DNA of 64,000 nucleotides from Octopus sinensis (lineage: Eukaryota), in the NCBI RefSeq assembly GCF_006345805.1, contig NW_021833635.1, forward strand, positions 2,656 through 66,655. Reading direction: 5' to 3'. The notes under the pieces were generated by a model, which saw only the letters and a program-made list of their open reading frames with translations, did not search any database and was not told the origin of the DNA. A program made the position numbers and the translations under genes. Shown here in pieces: positions 35,117-49,033 of the stretch. Within the stretch, counting starts at the first letter, position 1. Each line of letters opens with the position of its first letter.

Positions 35117-37484
35117 CATACATACATACATATATACATGCATACATACATACATACATGCATGCATGCATACATACATACATACATATATACATACATA
35201 CATACATACATACATACATGCATGCATGCATACATACATACATACATACATACATAGATACATACATACATACATACACACATACATACATACATACATA
35301 CATATATACATGCATACATACATACATACATACATACATACATGCATGCATGCATACATACATACATACATACATACATACATGCATGTATACATACATA
35401 CATACATACATGCATACATACATACATACATACATACATACATACATACATACATACATGCATGCATACATACATGCATGCATGCATGCATGCATACATA
35501 CATACATACATGCATGCATACATACATACATACATACATACATACATGCATGCATACATACATACATACATAGATACATACATACATACATACACACATA
35601 CATACATACATACATACATATATACATGCATACATACATACATACATACATACATGCATGCATGCATACATACATACATACATACATACATCATGATGTA
35701 TACATACCTACATGCATCTACATACTACATACATACATACATACATACATACATACATGCATGCATACATACATGCACATGCATGCATCAGTGCATACAT
35801 ACATACATACATGCATGCATACATACATACATACATACATACATGCATGCATACATACATACATACATACATACATACATACTACATACATACATGCATG
35901 CATACTACCTACCTACATACATACATACATACATACATACATGCATGTATACAATACATATACATACATGCATACATACATACATACACACATACATACA
36001 TACATACATGCATGCATACATACATGCATGCATGCATGCATACATACATACATACATGCATGCATACATACATACATACATACCTACATACATAGATGCA
36101 TGCATACATACATACATACATACATACATACATACATACATACATACATGCATGCATACATACATAATACATACATGCATACATACATACATACATACAT
36201 ACATACATGCATGCATGCATACATACATACATGCATACATACATACATACATACATGCATGCATGCATACATGCATACATACATACATACATACATACAT
36301 ACATACATGCATGCATGCATGCATACATACATACATACATACATACATACATACATACATGCATGCATACATACATACATGCATACATGCATGCATATAT
36401 ACATACATACATGCATGCATACATGCATACATACATACATACATACATACATGCATACATACATACATACATACATACATACATGCATGCATACATACAT
36501 AAATACATGCATGCATACATACATGCATGCATACATACATGCATGCATACATACATACATACATGCATGCATACATACATACATGCATACATGCATGCAT
36601 ACATACATACATGCATGCATACATGCATACATACATACATACATGCATGCATGCATACATACATACATACATGCATACATACATACATACATGCATGCAT
36701 GCATACATACATACATGCATACATACATGCATACATGCATGCATACATACATACATGCATGCATACATGCATACATACATACATACATACATACATGCAT
36801 GCATGCATACATACATACATGCATACATACATACATACATGCATGCATACATACATACATGCATACATGCATGCATACATACATACATACATACATACAT
36901 GCATACATACATACATACATACATACATGCATGCATGCATACATACATACATACATACATACATACATACATACATACATGCATACATACATGCATACAT
37001 ACATACATGCATGCATACATACATACATACATACATGCATGTATACATACATACATGCATACAAACATACATACATACATACATACATACATACATACAT
37101 GAATGCATGCATGCATACATACATACATACATACATGTATGCATACATACATACATGCATGCATACATACATACATACATGCATGTATACATACATACAT
37201 GCATACATACATACATACATACATACATGCATGCATACATCCATCCATACATCCATCCATCCATCCATCCATCCATACATACATGCATACATGCATAAAT
37301 ACATACATGCATACATACATACATACATACATGCATACATGCATGCATACATGCATGCATACATACATACATGCATACATACATACATGCATGCATACAT
37401 ACATACATGCATGCATACATACATACATACATACATACATGCATGCATACATACATACATACGTACATACATACATACATACAT
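34711..37484. repeat. About 2.8-kb (CATA/CATG)n array
   Basis: Direct reading; a marker block recurs at 35255 and 35571. Confidence 0.97.
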
Positions 37485-37610
37485 AAAAAGTAAAATACCC
37501 TGTTGTTGATGTTGAAATTCCAACAAAGGAGCCTTGGATCTAGGTTAGAAACCGGCTCTTTCTCTACTGGCAAGAAATCCTGAACTAAAACTGAACAATA
37601 ACATACATAC

Positions 37611-37783
37611 CGCAGGAGTGGCTGTGTGGTAAGTAGCTTGCTAACCAACCACATGGTTCCGGGTTCAGTCCCACTGCGTGGCATCTTGGGCAAGTGTCTT
37701 CTGCTATAGCCCCGGGCCGACCAATGCCTTGTGAGTGGATTTGGGAGACGGAAACTGAAAGAAGCCTGTCGTATATATATGTA

Positions 37784-37814
<31 letters not shown>

Positions 37815-37883
37815 GGTGGTGCTATTAAGTTAGACATGGCCTGGGCCAATATGGCGAACCTATCAAAGTATCAAAGTATCAAA

Positions 37884-37936
<53 letters not shown>

Positions 37937-38183
37937 GTATATATATATATATAATATATATATATATATATGTGTGTGTAGGTGTTTTTCCCCCTAGCAT
38001 TGCTTGGCAACCGATGCTGGTGTGTTTACGTCACCGTCACTTAGCGGTTCGGCAATAGATATCGATAGAATAAGTACTGGGCTTACAAAAGAATAAGTAC
38101 CGGGGTTGATTTGCTCCACTAAAGGCGGTGCTCCAGCATGGCCGCAGTCAAATGACTGAAACAAGTAAAAGAGTAAAAGAGTA
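37611..38183 (+). mobile_element. SINE family A with expanded internal (TA)n
   Basis: Head, body and tail intact. Confidence 0.88.
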
Positions 38184-38779
38184 TACCTACACACATAAGT
38201 TTATGTATATATCTATGTGTGTGTGTGTGTCTTTTCATTTGTACTTGTTCCCCCCATCACCGCTAGAAAGCTGATGGTTTGTTTACCTCCTCGTACCCCA
38301 GCAACTTGGCAAGAGACACTGATAGAATAAGCACCAGACTTTTAAAAAAATATATACCGGGAGCGATTTGTTCGACTAAATCATTTTTCTTTTTATCTTT
38401 GGACCCCTTTGATTACTACTGTTTTCTGGTGGACGCCCATAGCCATTCAATGTCTAAAAACAGTTTTATAGAGAATTCTTTCAAAGTTCCTGTTTTGTTT
38501 TTCACACATTAACTTGTGTAAGAAACCTAGCTGTTTCTTACACTGCGTAACCAATAAATACATCGACGCAACACGTTTTCAGGGGTCTTTAAAATGCTCT
38601 TGTGGTTCCCCAATTTGCTATTTTGTTGTATGGACTCTCAAAATTCTTATATATGAACCTTCAGGGGCAATATGGATTCCGGTTGAGAACTACTGGACTA
38701 AACCATTCAACGCTGTTGCTCCATCATGACCGCAGTCTAATGATTAAAACCAATGAAACATAAACGTTAAGAGAAAGAT

Positions 38780-38990
38780 ATTGTTGTTGTTGTTTTGATC
38801 CTCTTCGGTCACGAATGACCATGGGATTGCACCTAGAAAGTTACCCTCCGAGGCACATGTCTGGGCAAGGTTGTTTATGAAAGACCAGCAGTCGCCCATG
38901 CACACCAGCCTCCCCTCTCCTCGCCACCGATGTTATCCAAGGGAAAGGCAAAGTCAGATACAGCTTGGCACCAGTGACGTCGCAGCTCAT
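38780..38990 (-). mobile_element. SINE family E, 3' part
   Basis: Reverse complement of 34150-34325. Confidence 0.75.
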
Positions 38991-39285
38991 TTATTAACGT
39001 GCAAGTGGCTGAGCACTCCACAGACACGTGTACCCTTAATGTAATTCTCGGGGAGATTCAGCGTGACACAGAATGTGACAAGGCTGGCCCTTTGAAATAC
39101 AGAAACAGGAAGAAAGAGTGAGAGAAAGTCGTGGCGAAAGAGTACAGCAGGGTTCACTACCACCCGCTGTCGGAGCATCGTGGAGCTTTAGGTGTTTTTG
39201 CTCAATATACACTCACAATGCCCGGTCTGGGAATCGAAACCGCGATCCTGCGACCGCGAGTCCGCTGACAAAACCACTGAGCAAG
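38990..39285 (-). mobile_element. SINE family C
   Basis: Reverse complement of 14200-14500. Confidence 0.82.
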
Positions 39286-39293
39286 AGAAAGAT

Positions 39294-40005
39294 ATACTCT
39301 TTACTCTTTTACTCTTTTACTTGTTTCAGTCATTTGACTGTGGCCATGCTGGAGCACCGCCTTTAGTCGAGCAAATCGACCACAGGACTTATTCTTTGTA
39401 AGCCTAGTATTTATTCTATCGGTCCCTTTTGCCGAACTGCTAAGTTACGGGGACATAAACACACCAGCATCGGTTGTCAAGCGATGTTGGGAGGGGATAC
39501 AAACACAGACACACAAACACACCCGACATTGCGAGGATGATCCGGTTCTTGACTGAAGATTAAAGGCTTCGAATGACCCGTCTGTGTTTTTTGTATCGTC
39601 TTCTGGATGTTTTGCGTTCTTGTCCCATTTTGTATATATATATATATATATTATATATAACGGGAAGGTTTGCGAAAATAAACAAAATACGAAGGCAGGT
39701 GGAGTACAAACAAACAAATGTATTAGTATGGCGCTCAGGAATAGAAATAGAACAAGTCTTTTATGTTTCGAGCCTACCCTCTTCGACAAAGATACACAGA
39801 AAAAAACAAGGAGAGAAACAAGATTTATATATACATATATACGACGGGCGTCTTTCAGTTTCCGTCTACCAAATCCACTCACAAGGCTTTGGTTGGCCTG
39901 AGGCTATAGTAGAAGACACTTGCCCAAGGTGCCACGCAGTGGGACTGAACCCGGAACCATGTGGTTCGTAAGCAAGCTACTTACCGCACAGCCACTCCTA
40001 CGCCT
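39294..40005 (-). mobile_element. SINE family A interrupted at its microsatellite by (TA)n-anchored repeats
   Basis: 3' half 39294-39520, 5' half 39835-40005, inserts 39525-39632 and 39657-39822. Confidence 0.85.
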
Positions 40006-40876
40006 AGATAGTTTAATTCAAATGAAGCGAAACTAAACAACCACAGTCATCCATCCGCTATATATATTATAAAGTCATACACAATAAAATTTACTCCGTT
40101 ACCAGTAAATGTAATAAATGTTCCTGATTAAATGTTTTGCTGGTCTGTATCACATAACAACTCTAACATTTATGAATACCATGGGCGTCGCCAGGATTTC
40201 GACTGGAAAAAAAGGGGATTCCTAATTATTGAAATAAGCCGAGCACCGGCCGTTTAATTTGCGAGGAACGGAAAATTAAAATAAAGGTTAGATAATAATT
40301 ATATTTGCATGAGGCTACGGGAGGGCGTTTGCCCCAACCTTTCGAACCCCACGCCCGTATGTGTGTGTATGTGTGTGTATGTGTGTGTACGTGTGTGAGT
40401 GTGCATGTGTCTTGCATATACATATACACATGTATACATATACGCAATCATACTCTCATATACATATATATATATATATATATATATGTGTGTAGATATG
40501 TATGTATTCTTATTGCCTTCTTAACATACATACATACATACATACATTTATACATACATATATATATAGAAACGCACACACACATGCACACTCGCGCATA
40601 CATATACACACATTCAATATACATGTGTGTGTATGTGTTCATTGCTTTCTTAACATAAATACATACATACATATATACATACATGCATACATATATGCAT
40701 ATAAATATATGTACACATGTATTTATATGTACGTGTATATACAGACATACGTACACACAGACTCTTTCTTTTCCTTCTCACACATACACACATACACATG
40801 CACACGCATATATATATATAATATATATAATACATACATACATACATACATACATACTACATACTACATAATATAT

Positions 40877-40910
<34 letters not shown>

Positions 40911-40960
40911 CAACATACATCATACATACTACATATATATAATATATATATATATATTAT

Positions 40961-41009
<49 letters not shown>

Positions 41010-41499
41010 ATATATATATACACATATATATAATGTCAAAGGAGTGTAGCGATGTATAATTATCGCGCTTTGTAAGAAGCTGTAATATCATCTTGAATTC
41101 AAAGCAATGTTATTCTATTTGGTTAAGTCCGTCGCAACCTGTACCAAAGAGCTTACAATTTCCACAAATTTCCACATTTAACTACTTCCATGTTTTCGTC
41201 CGTAGGAGTGTAATATTTTTCCTCCCCCGTCAGGCATAGCATGGAGCCAAGGAACATTTTATTTGACTGCTAGACAGGTCAGTTCTATTATTATTGTTGT
41301 TGTTCCTGCTGCTCCTGCTGCTACTGCTGCTGGTGGATATGCACGCCGACACGATAATATTTTTATATTTATTTACGTGCAAACTCTATCAGCACGTTAT
41401 GACTCACTTCCAAACTTCCTTGCAAATGGGGTCGGAGATATTTTAAAAGATGGATGCCAGCACGAGCGGCGAATGGAAATACTACGGCGTTCGATCCCT

Positions 41500-42215
41500 C
41501 TCCCTCTCTCTCTCTCTGTTTTTCACTTTCTTTCACTTTCTCCTTCTCTCTCTCTCTCTCTCTCTCTTTCTCCTTCTCTCTCTCTCTCCTTCTCCTTCTC
41601 TCTCTCTCTTCTTATCCTCCCTCCTCTCTGTTTTTCACTTTCTTTCACTTTCTCTTTCTCCCTCTCTCTCTCTCTCTCTCTCTCTTTTATCCTCCTTCCT
41701 CTCTGTTTTTCACTTTCTTTCACTTTCTCCTTCTCTCTCTCCTTCTCTCTCTCTCTCTTTCTTCTTATCCTCCCTCCTCTCTGTTTTTCACTTTCTTTCA
41801 CTTCCTCTCTCTCTCTTCTCCTCTCTCTCCTCTCTTTTTATCCTCCTCCTCCTATGTTTTTCACTTTCTTTCACTTTCTCCTTCTCTCTACTCTCTCTCT
41901 CTCTTCTTATCCTCCCTCCTCTCTGTTTTTCACTTTCTTTCACTTTCTCCTCTCTCTCTCCCTCTCTCCTTCTCCTCTCTCTCTCTCTCTCTCTCTCTTC
42001 TTATCCTCCCTCCTCTATGTTTTTCACTTTCTTTCACTTTCTCCTTCTCTCTCTCTCTCTCCTTCTCCTTCTCTCTCTCTCTCTCTCTTCTTTATCCTCC
42101 CTCTCTATGTTTTCACTTCTTCACTTCTCCTTCTCTTCTCTTCTCTTCTCTTTATCTCTCTCTTATCTCTCTCTATTCTTCCCTCCTCTCTGTTTTTCAC
42201 TTTCTTTCACTTTCT

Positions 42216-42250
<35 letters not shown>

Positions 42251-42290
42251 CCTCCCTCCTCTCTGCCCCCTCTCTCTCTCTCTCTTTCCT
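41500..42290. repeat. Pyrimidine-rich minisatellite (unit of about 55-65 bp plus variable (CT)n)
   Basis: About 12 recurrences of CTTATCCTCCCTCCTCTCTGTTTTTCACTTTCTTTCACTTTCTCC. Confidence 0.9.
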
Positions 42291-42509
42291 GCTCGCTTTG
42301 CGACTACTTCTGCTTCTCTCTTTACTTCTAACACACTTGTCTTCCATATTGGTTCCCCCTGTTGAATAATTACCTCGTCCTTGTCAAGCTCAATAATAAT
42401 TAGTTTTCTTAATGGTTAATTTTGATCTTGGTAGTCACAAAGCGTTACAAAGCATTTCGGTTCTCTTTTTCTTTGTCTCTCTCTCTCTCTCCCTCTTTCT
42501 CTTTCTCTA

Positions 42510-42551
<42 letters not shown>

Positions 42552-42552
42552 G

Positions 42553-42588
<36 letters not shown>

Positions 42589-43158
42589 ATCTCTATCTCT
42601 TTCCTTCTCCTCTTTCTCCCCCCCACTGCGCGCTCTCCAAATTGACCGACACTTGCTCAGCATTAACCACAAGCCACCACCAGCTTTCACCGCCAACCAC
42701 CGACTACTATAAAAACAATCATTACAATAACACCATCTGTACAACAACAACATCAACAATAACAACAACAACAACAACAACACTTTTCAATCGCCATTCT
42801 ACTAACGCACACACGCACACACAGACACACGCACACATATAAACATACACGTACACTAGCGCTCACTCATGCCTCGACTTACGTTTCAAATTTTAAGACA
42901 TTTTGGAGGACTCCGAATGGTTCGTTTAAAATACTCGACATTCCTTTCTGATGCCATAAAACTTAAAAGAGCATTTATTGTCTTCGTTTCTCTTCTTCTG
43001 TCCGTCCGTCCGTTTGTCTGTCTGTTCGTCCGTCTGCCTGCCTGCCTGTCTGTCTGTCTCTCTCTCTTTGCGTCTATTTGTTGTTGTAAGTCTTGTTTCT
43101 TATACATACATATATACACACATACGTACGTACACACGTACATATGTACATACATACG

Positions 43159-43200
<42 letters not shown>

Positions 43201-43295
43201 TATATATACATACATATATGTGATACGCACATGCATACATTCTTACATGCATACATATTACATTCATACACAATGCATATATACACATACATACC

Positions 43296-43328
<33 letters not shown>

Positions 43329-43357
43329 ATAGATATATATACATTACATATACAATC

Positions 43358-43391
<34 letters not shown>

Positions 43392-43413
43392 CATACATTT
43401 ATATAATGTATAT

Positions 43414-43447
<34 letters not shown>

Positions 43448-44061
43448 ATATACATATATTATATATCCCTTCCGTTTCCTTCATCGATTATATATATATA
43501 GTATATATATATATATATATACACACTATATACACTATATATACACATATATATACACTATATGCATACGTACATGCATACGTACATGCATATATTCTTA
43601 CATATATACTTACGTTCATACGTACGTACCTACTCACGAATACATGCATATACATATATACATACATACATACATACATACATACATACGTGCACTTATA
43701 AATATATAGCACAAAGCTGATTAATTTACTTTATACTGATTAGTCCCTAACCAGGAGAAGCAATTATAAAAGCTAGTTTGTTAACAGTTTTTGTAATTAA
43801 CAGCTGAAATTCAAATGATTTCTTTTGAAATTGGTCGCGAAGGAGTGGTCAACACAACACAAATGAAGAACTCTATCGAACAGCAATCCAATCAATTCGA
43901 AGATTTTTCCAACTTGTAAAATCAATAAGGAATGGAACGTAAAAGACGAAAAGTTATCTGAAATATAAAAGAATTCCTGGCTTTGATATTAAGAGAAGCT
44001 TTGTTGAACAACGGTTTTGATCTCCAGTACCGATAGAGTAATGCGCATGCCTGCCCATAGA

Positions 44062-44171
<110 letters not shown>

Positions 44172-44244
44172 TATATAAATATAATATGCGCTTTTTGTAG
44201 TTTAGTTTCATATCAGGCGTGTTTATTTATATATATATTTTTAG

Positions 44245-44403
44245 TAGGAGTGGCTGTGTGGTAAGTAGCTTGCTAACCAGCCACATGGTTCCGGGTTCAG
44301 TCCTACTGCGTGGCATCTTGGGCAAGTGTCTTCTGCAATAGCCACGGGCCGACCAATGCCTTGTGAGTGGATTTCGTAAACAGAAACTGAAAGAAGCCCG
44401 CCG

Positions 44404-44452
<49 letters not shown>

Positions 44453-44609
44453 GGAGTGGCTGTGTGGTAAGTAGCTTGCTAACCAACCACATGGTTCCGG
44501 GTTCAGTCCTACTGCGTGGCATCTTGGGCAAGTGTCTTCTGCAATTGCCACGGGCCGACCAATGCCTGTGAGTGGATTTCGTAAACAGAAACTGAAAGAA
44601 GCCCCCGCC

Positions 44610-44677
<68 letters not shown>

Positions 44678-44693
44678 ACATATATATATATAC

Positions 44694-44739
<46 letters not shown>

Positions 44740-45157
44740 ATATATAGAGGAGTGGCTGTGTGGTAAGTAGCTTGCTAACCAACCACATGGTTCTGGGTTC
44801 AGTCCCACTGCGTGGCATCTTGGGCGAGTGTTTTCTGCTATAGCCTCGGGCCGACAATGCCTTGTGGGTGGATTTGGTAGACGGAAACTGAAAGAAGCCT
44901 GTCGTATATATGTATATATAAACATATGTATGTGTGTGTTTGTGTGTCTGTGTTTGTCCCCCTAGCCTCGCTTGACAACCGATGCTGGTGTGTTTACGTC
45001 CCCGTTACTTAGCGGTTCGGCAAAAGAGACTGATTGAATAAGTACTGGGCTTGCAAAGAATAAGTCCCGGGGTCGATTAGCTCGACTAAAGGTGGTGCTC
45101 CAGCATGGCCGCAGTCAAATGACTGAAACAAGTAAAAGAGAGAGAGAGTAAAGAGTA
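44245..45157 (+). mobile_element. Two tandem SINE family A 5' halves followed by a full copy
   Basis: Heads at about 44245, 44451 and 44748, separated by (TA)n. Confidence 0.88.
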
Positions 45158-45315
45158 TAGTGTGTCTTGGATTTCATTATTTTTTTTTGTTACAGCGTCT
45201 TATATTTTTTAAGTCAGTAGAACGTGGTTTAATAGAATTGTGGGTGCTATTTCTAGCAGGTCAAAGGGACACGACGATACTGTTTCTTGGTTCATGATAT
45301 GAATATAATTCATAC

Positions 45316-45562
45316 AGGCGCAGGTGTGGCTGTGTGGGAAAATGTTTGTTTGCCAACAACGTGGTTCTGGGTTCACTCCCACTGCGTAGCACCTTTGGCA
45401 AGTGCCTTCTGCAATAGCCACGGGCCGACCAAAGTCTTGTGAGTGGATTTCGTAAACAGAAACTGAAAGAAGCCCGTCGTGTATATATATATGTATATAT
45501 ATACATGCATCCACAGACATATATAATATATATATATATATATTTATCATTGTTTGAACTCG

Positions 45563-45634
<72 letters not shown>

Positions 45635-45880
45635 TATAATTATATATACACAAACACATACACACCTACGTGTTGTTCTGTGTATCTGTATTTCTCCTCC
45701 GCCACCACTCGACAACCGGTATTGGAGTATTTATGTCACCGTGACTTAGCGGTTCGCCAAAATACCCAATTGTGTAAGAACAAGGCAGAAGAAAATAAGC
45801 CCTGGGGTCGATTAGTTCGATTTAAGGGCGATGCTCCAGCATGGTCGCAGTCTAATGACTAAAACAAGATAAAAGAGACA
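45316..45880 (+). mobile_element. SINE family A, diverged, expanded microsatellite
   Basis: Head 45316-45480, 3' half 45680-45880. Confidence 0.78.
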
Positions 45881-45969
45881 TACATACAAACACACACACA
45901 TACATAATGCATACATACATACATACATACCATACATAATACATACATACATACATACATACACGCACA

Positions 45970-46140
45970 ACTGGCACTACGTCGGTTACGAAGAGGAGTG
46001 TTGGTCTGATAAACGGAAATAACTCCTAGTTAAATTAACAAGCCGAGTACTCCGCAGACACATGTACCCCTAAGTTGTTCCTAGGGAGATTCAGCGTGAC
46101 ACTGAATGTGGCAAGTCTGGCCCTTTCAAATACAGGTACA
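45970..46140 (-). mobile_element. SINE family C, 3' part, diverged
   Basis: Reverse complement of the 14380-14570 segment. Confidence 0.65.
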
Positions 46141-46154
46141 GTTTAATATATAAA

Positions 46155-46318
46155 TCCGGGATAGTAAGTCGTATTCCGTAGAAAATAGGAAAATTGAACA
46201 AGGAGTCGAACTCCCGGGGTGTTAAACCATTTATATAAAGAGTTTAACAAAATCCTGAGAGTTCGTCTCCTTGTTCAATTTTCCTATTTTCCTACAAAAT
46301 ACGACTTACTATCTCGGA
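46155..46318. mobile_element. Small fold-back element (about 64-bp arms, about 35-bp spacer)
   Basis: TCCGGGATAGTAAGTCGTATT..GTAG.AAAATAGGAAAATTGAACAAGGAG and its reverse complement. Confidence 0.75.
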
Positions 46319-46399
46319 CTTAAATCCTGAGACATTTAAGCAACATTTATCTACCTTGTAATTTATTCCCCTGCTTCTTCCTTTAAGTTGTAAACTATG

Positions 46400-46542
46400 G
46401 CTGCTTACCAACCACATGGTTCCGGGTTCAGTCCCACTGCGTGGTACCTTGGGCACGTTTCTTCTACTATAGCCTCGGGCCGACCAAAGACTTGTGAGAG
46501 GATTTGGTAGGCAGAAACGAAAAAAAAAAGCCAGTCGTATAT

Positions 46543-46580
<38 letters not shown>

Positions 46581-46795
46581 GTGTGTGTGTGTGTGTGTGT
46601 TTGTCTCCCAAAATCGCTTGACAATCGATGCTGGTGTGTTTACGTCCCCTTTACTTGCGGTTCGGCAAAAGAGAACGTTATAATAAGTACTAAGCCTTAC
46701 AAAGAATAAGTCCTGGATCGATTTGCTCGACTAAAGGCGGTTGCTCCAGCATGGCCGCAGTCAATGACTGAAACAGTAAAAGAGTAAAAGAGTAT
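46400..46795 (+). mobile_element. SINE family A, 5'-truncated
   Basis: Consensus match. Confidence 0.83.
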
Positions 46796-46818
46796 ATATT
46801 ATATATATATATAATATA

Positions 46819-46851
<33 letters not shown>

Positions 46852-46964
46852 GTACATACATACATACATACATACATACAACCTACATACATACATAATA
46901 CCATACATACAGGTCATATATAACACACACATATTTCTCTCACAATTTTGTTTTTCTCCTCATT

Positions 46965-47002
46965 TCTTTCTGCAGGAGAGCACAGTTTCGAAACGTCGAA
47001 GA
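46965..47002 (+). ncRNA. Degenerate hammerhead-like motif related to the A6U family
   Basis: TCTTT-CTGCAGGA-GAGCACAGTTTC-GAAA-CG-TC-GAAGA. Confidence 0.4.
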
Positions 47003-47362
47003 CTTTCATTTTTCCTGATCGTCAAACTAATATACCATTTTTGTTGTTCCCTCACCTGTCTCTGTCATGATTTTTTTTTGTATAATTTTGAACCATATGT
47101 ATATATACATATGTGTGTGTGTGTATGTGTGAGTGTGTGTGTCTGTGTGTGTGTGTATGTGTGAGTGTGTGTGCCTGTGTGTATGTGCTTTTGCGTTTGT
47201 CTCCTCCACCATTACTTCACAACCAATATCTGCAGAATGAAACCGATAGAATATGTACCGGGTTTAAAAAAAGATATATGCAAGAATTAAACCCTTCATG
47301 ATGGTGCCCCAGAATGGGCGCAGTCCAATGACTGAAACAAGTAAATGATAACAGATAATGAA

Positions 47363-47544
47363 CAGGAGTGGCTGTGTGGTAAGTAGCTTGCTAACCAACC
47401 ACATGGTTCCGGGTTCAGTCCCACTGCGTGGCATCTTGGGCAAGTGTCTTCTGCTATAGCTCCGGGCCGACCAATGCCTGTGAGTGGATTTGGTAGACGG
47501 AAACTGAAAGAAGCCGTCTATAAATGTATATAATATATATATAA

Positions 47545-47576
<32 letters not shown>

Positions 47577-47800
47577 TGTGTGTGTGTGTGTTTGTGTGTG
47601 TGTGTTTGTCCCCCAGCATTGCTTGACAGCCGATGCTGGTGTGTTTATGTCCCCTCACTTAGCGGTTCGGCAAAAGAGAACGATAGAATAAGTACTGGGC
47701 TTACAAAGAAATAAGTCCAGGGGTCTATTTGCTCGACTAAAGGCGGTGCTCCAGCATGGCCGCAGTCAAATGACTGAAACAAGTAAAAGAAAGAAAAAGA
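47363..47800 (+). mobile_element. SINE family A
   Basis: Consensus match. Confidence 0.88.
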
Positions 47801-48552
47801 ATAAACGCATTGTTGTAGTTATGGGTTGTTGAAGTGCTCCAAAAAGCAGCTTTTTGTCAGAATGTACTGAACGGAATGAATAAAGTCATTCATATTTTGG
47901 GAACCCCTTAATTTGGAATGCGACAGAGAAATACATACACTTGCGTCAGAAATTAATTAGCACTTCTCAAATTTCTACATTAAATAGGTAAATCAATTAC
48001 CTATGAGCTGTTCAAAACATCTTACGCGATGAGAAAACTTAGTATGGGTGTGTTTCGGTCCTTGCGGGCGCTACCGATATCTATTAAACAAAGGAAGATT
48101 TGTCTGCATCCGCACTCCAAGTTGTTGCACTGCTATGTCAACATCATAAGGCTGTAGACTCTCAAACTGCTCTGCAAACAAGTTACGTCATCGTTCTGCG
48201 CAACAGTGAACTCGCAACAAAGCAATAGTTCGCGAGATTATGGCCACTAGGTGACAGCACATACCTTGAGTGAAGAGCAAATCACGGGTGTAATTACATT
48301 TCTGACGGTAGTGTAAGATTAGGAAGTTGTTGCATCGATCAAGAGAGATTGTTTACAAGTGCAGCTAGTGTTATACTTCCATACTTATTTGTCTTTTGAT
48401 ACTCTTTTTGTTTTACTCTTTTTCTTGTTTCAGTCATTTGACTGCGACCACGCTGGAGCACCGTTTTTCGTTGTTTAAAAAAAGTCCGTTTCTTGTTTGA
48501 TTTTATGTTCTCGTCTCTCGTTGTGTTCTACGTTTATTTGTGGTGTCCTGTA

Positions 48553-48615
<63 letters not shown>

Positions 48616-48665
48616 TTTGTTTGTTTTCCACCTGCCTTCGTCTTTTGTCTATTTTCATAAAGCTT

Positions 48666-48716
<51 letters not shown>

Positions 48717-48804
48717 CATGTATATATACATGTAGATGTAAGTATGTACATATATGTATGTATATATGCATATATTTTATTTATGGTATATTAATATATG
48801 ACCG

Positions 48805-48990
48805 AACGCACGCGTTCGACCCAGGACTTATTCTTTGTAAGCCTAGTATTATTCTATCGGTCTCTTTTGCAGAACCGCTAAGTGACGGGGACGTAAGCAC
48901 ACCAGCATCAGTTGTCAAGCGATGTTGGGAGGGACAAACACAGACACAACAAACCCCACACACACACGCACACACACACACACTCACACA

Positions 48991-49033
<43 letters not shown>

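Noticed and set aside
37485-37600. Hammerhead in the module after the CATA array
   Set aside because: Has a hairpin and GAAACCGG but no CUGANGA or U3-A8 core and no adjacent stem I.
34582-37693. Very long ORFs (up to 951 aa) of HTYI/MYVC repeats
   Set aside because: Translation of (CATA/CATG)n, which lacks stop codons in several frames.
40181-40357. Harbinger-type MITE (GGGCGTCGCCAGG...ACGCCC)
   Set aside because: Only about 7-bp imperfect termini and no TSD.
41263-42369. L/S/F-rich 300-370 aa ORFs
   Set aside because: Pyrimidine minisatellite translation.
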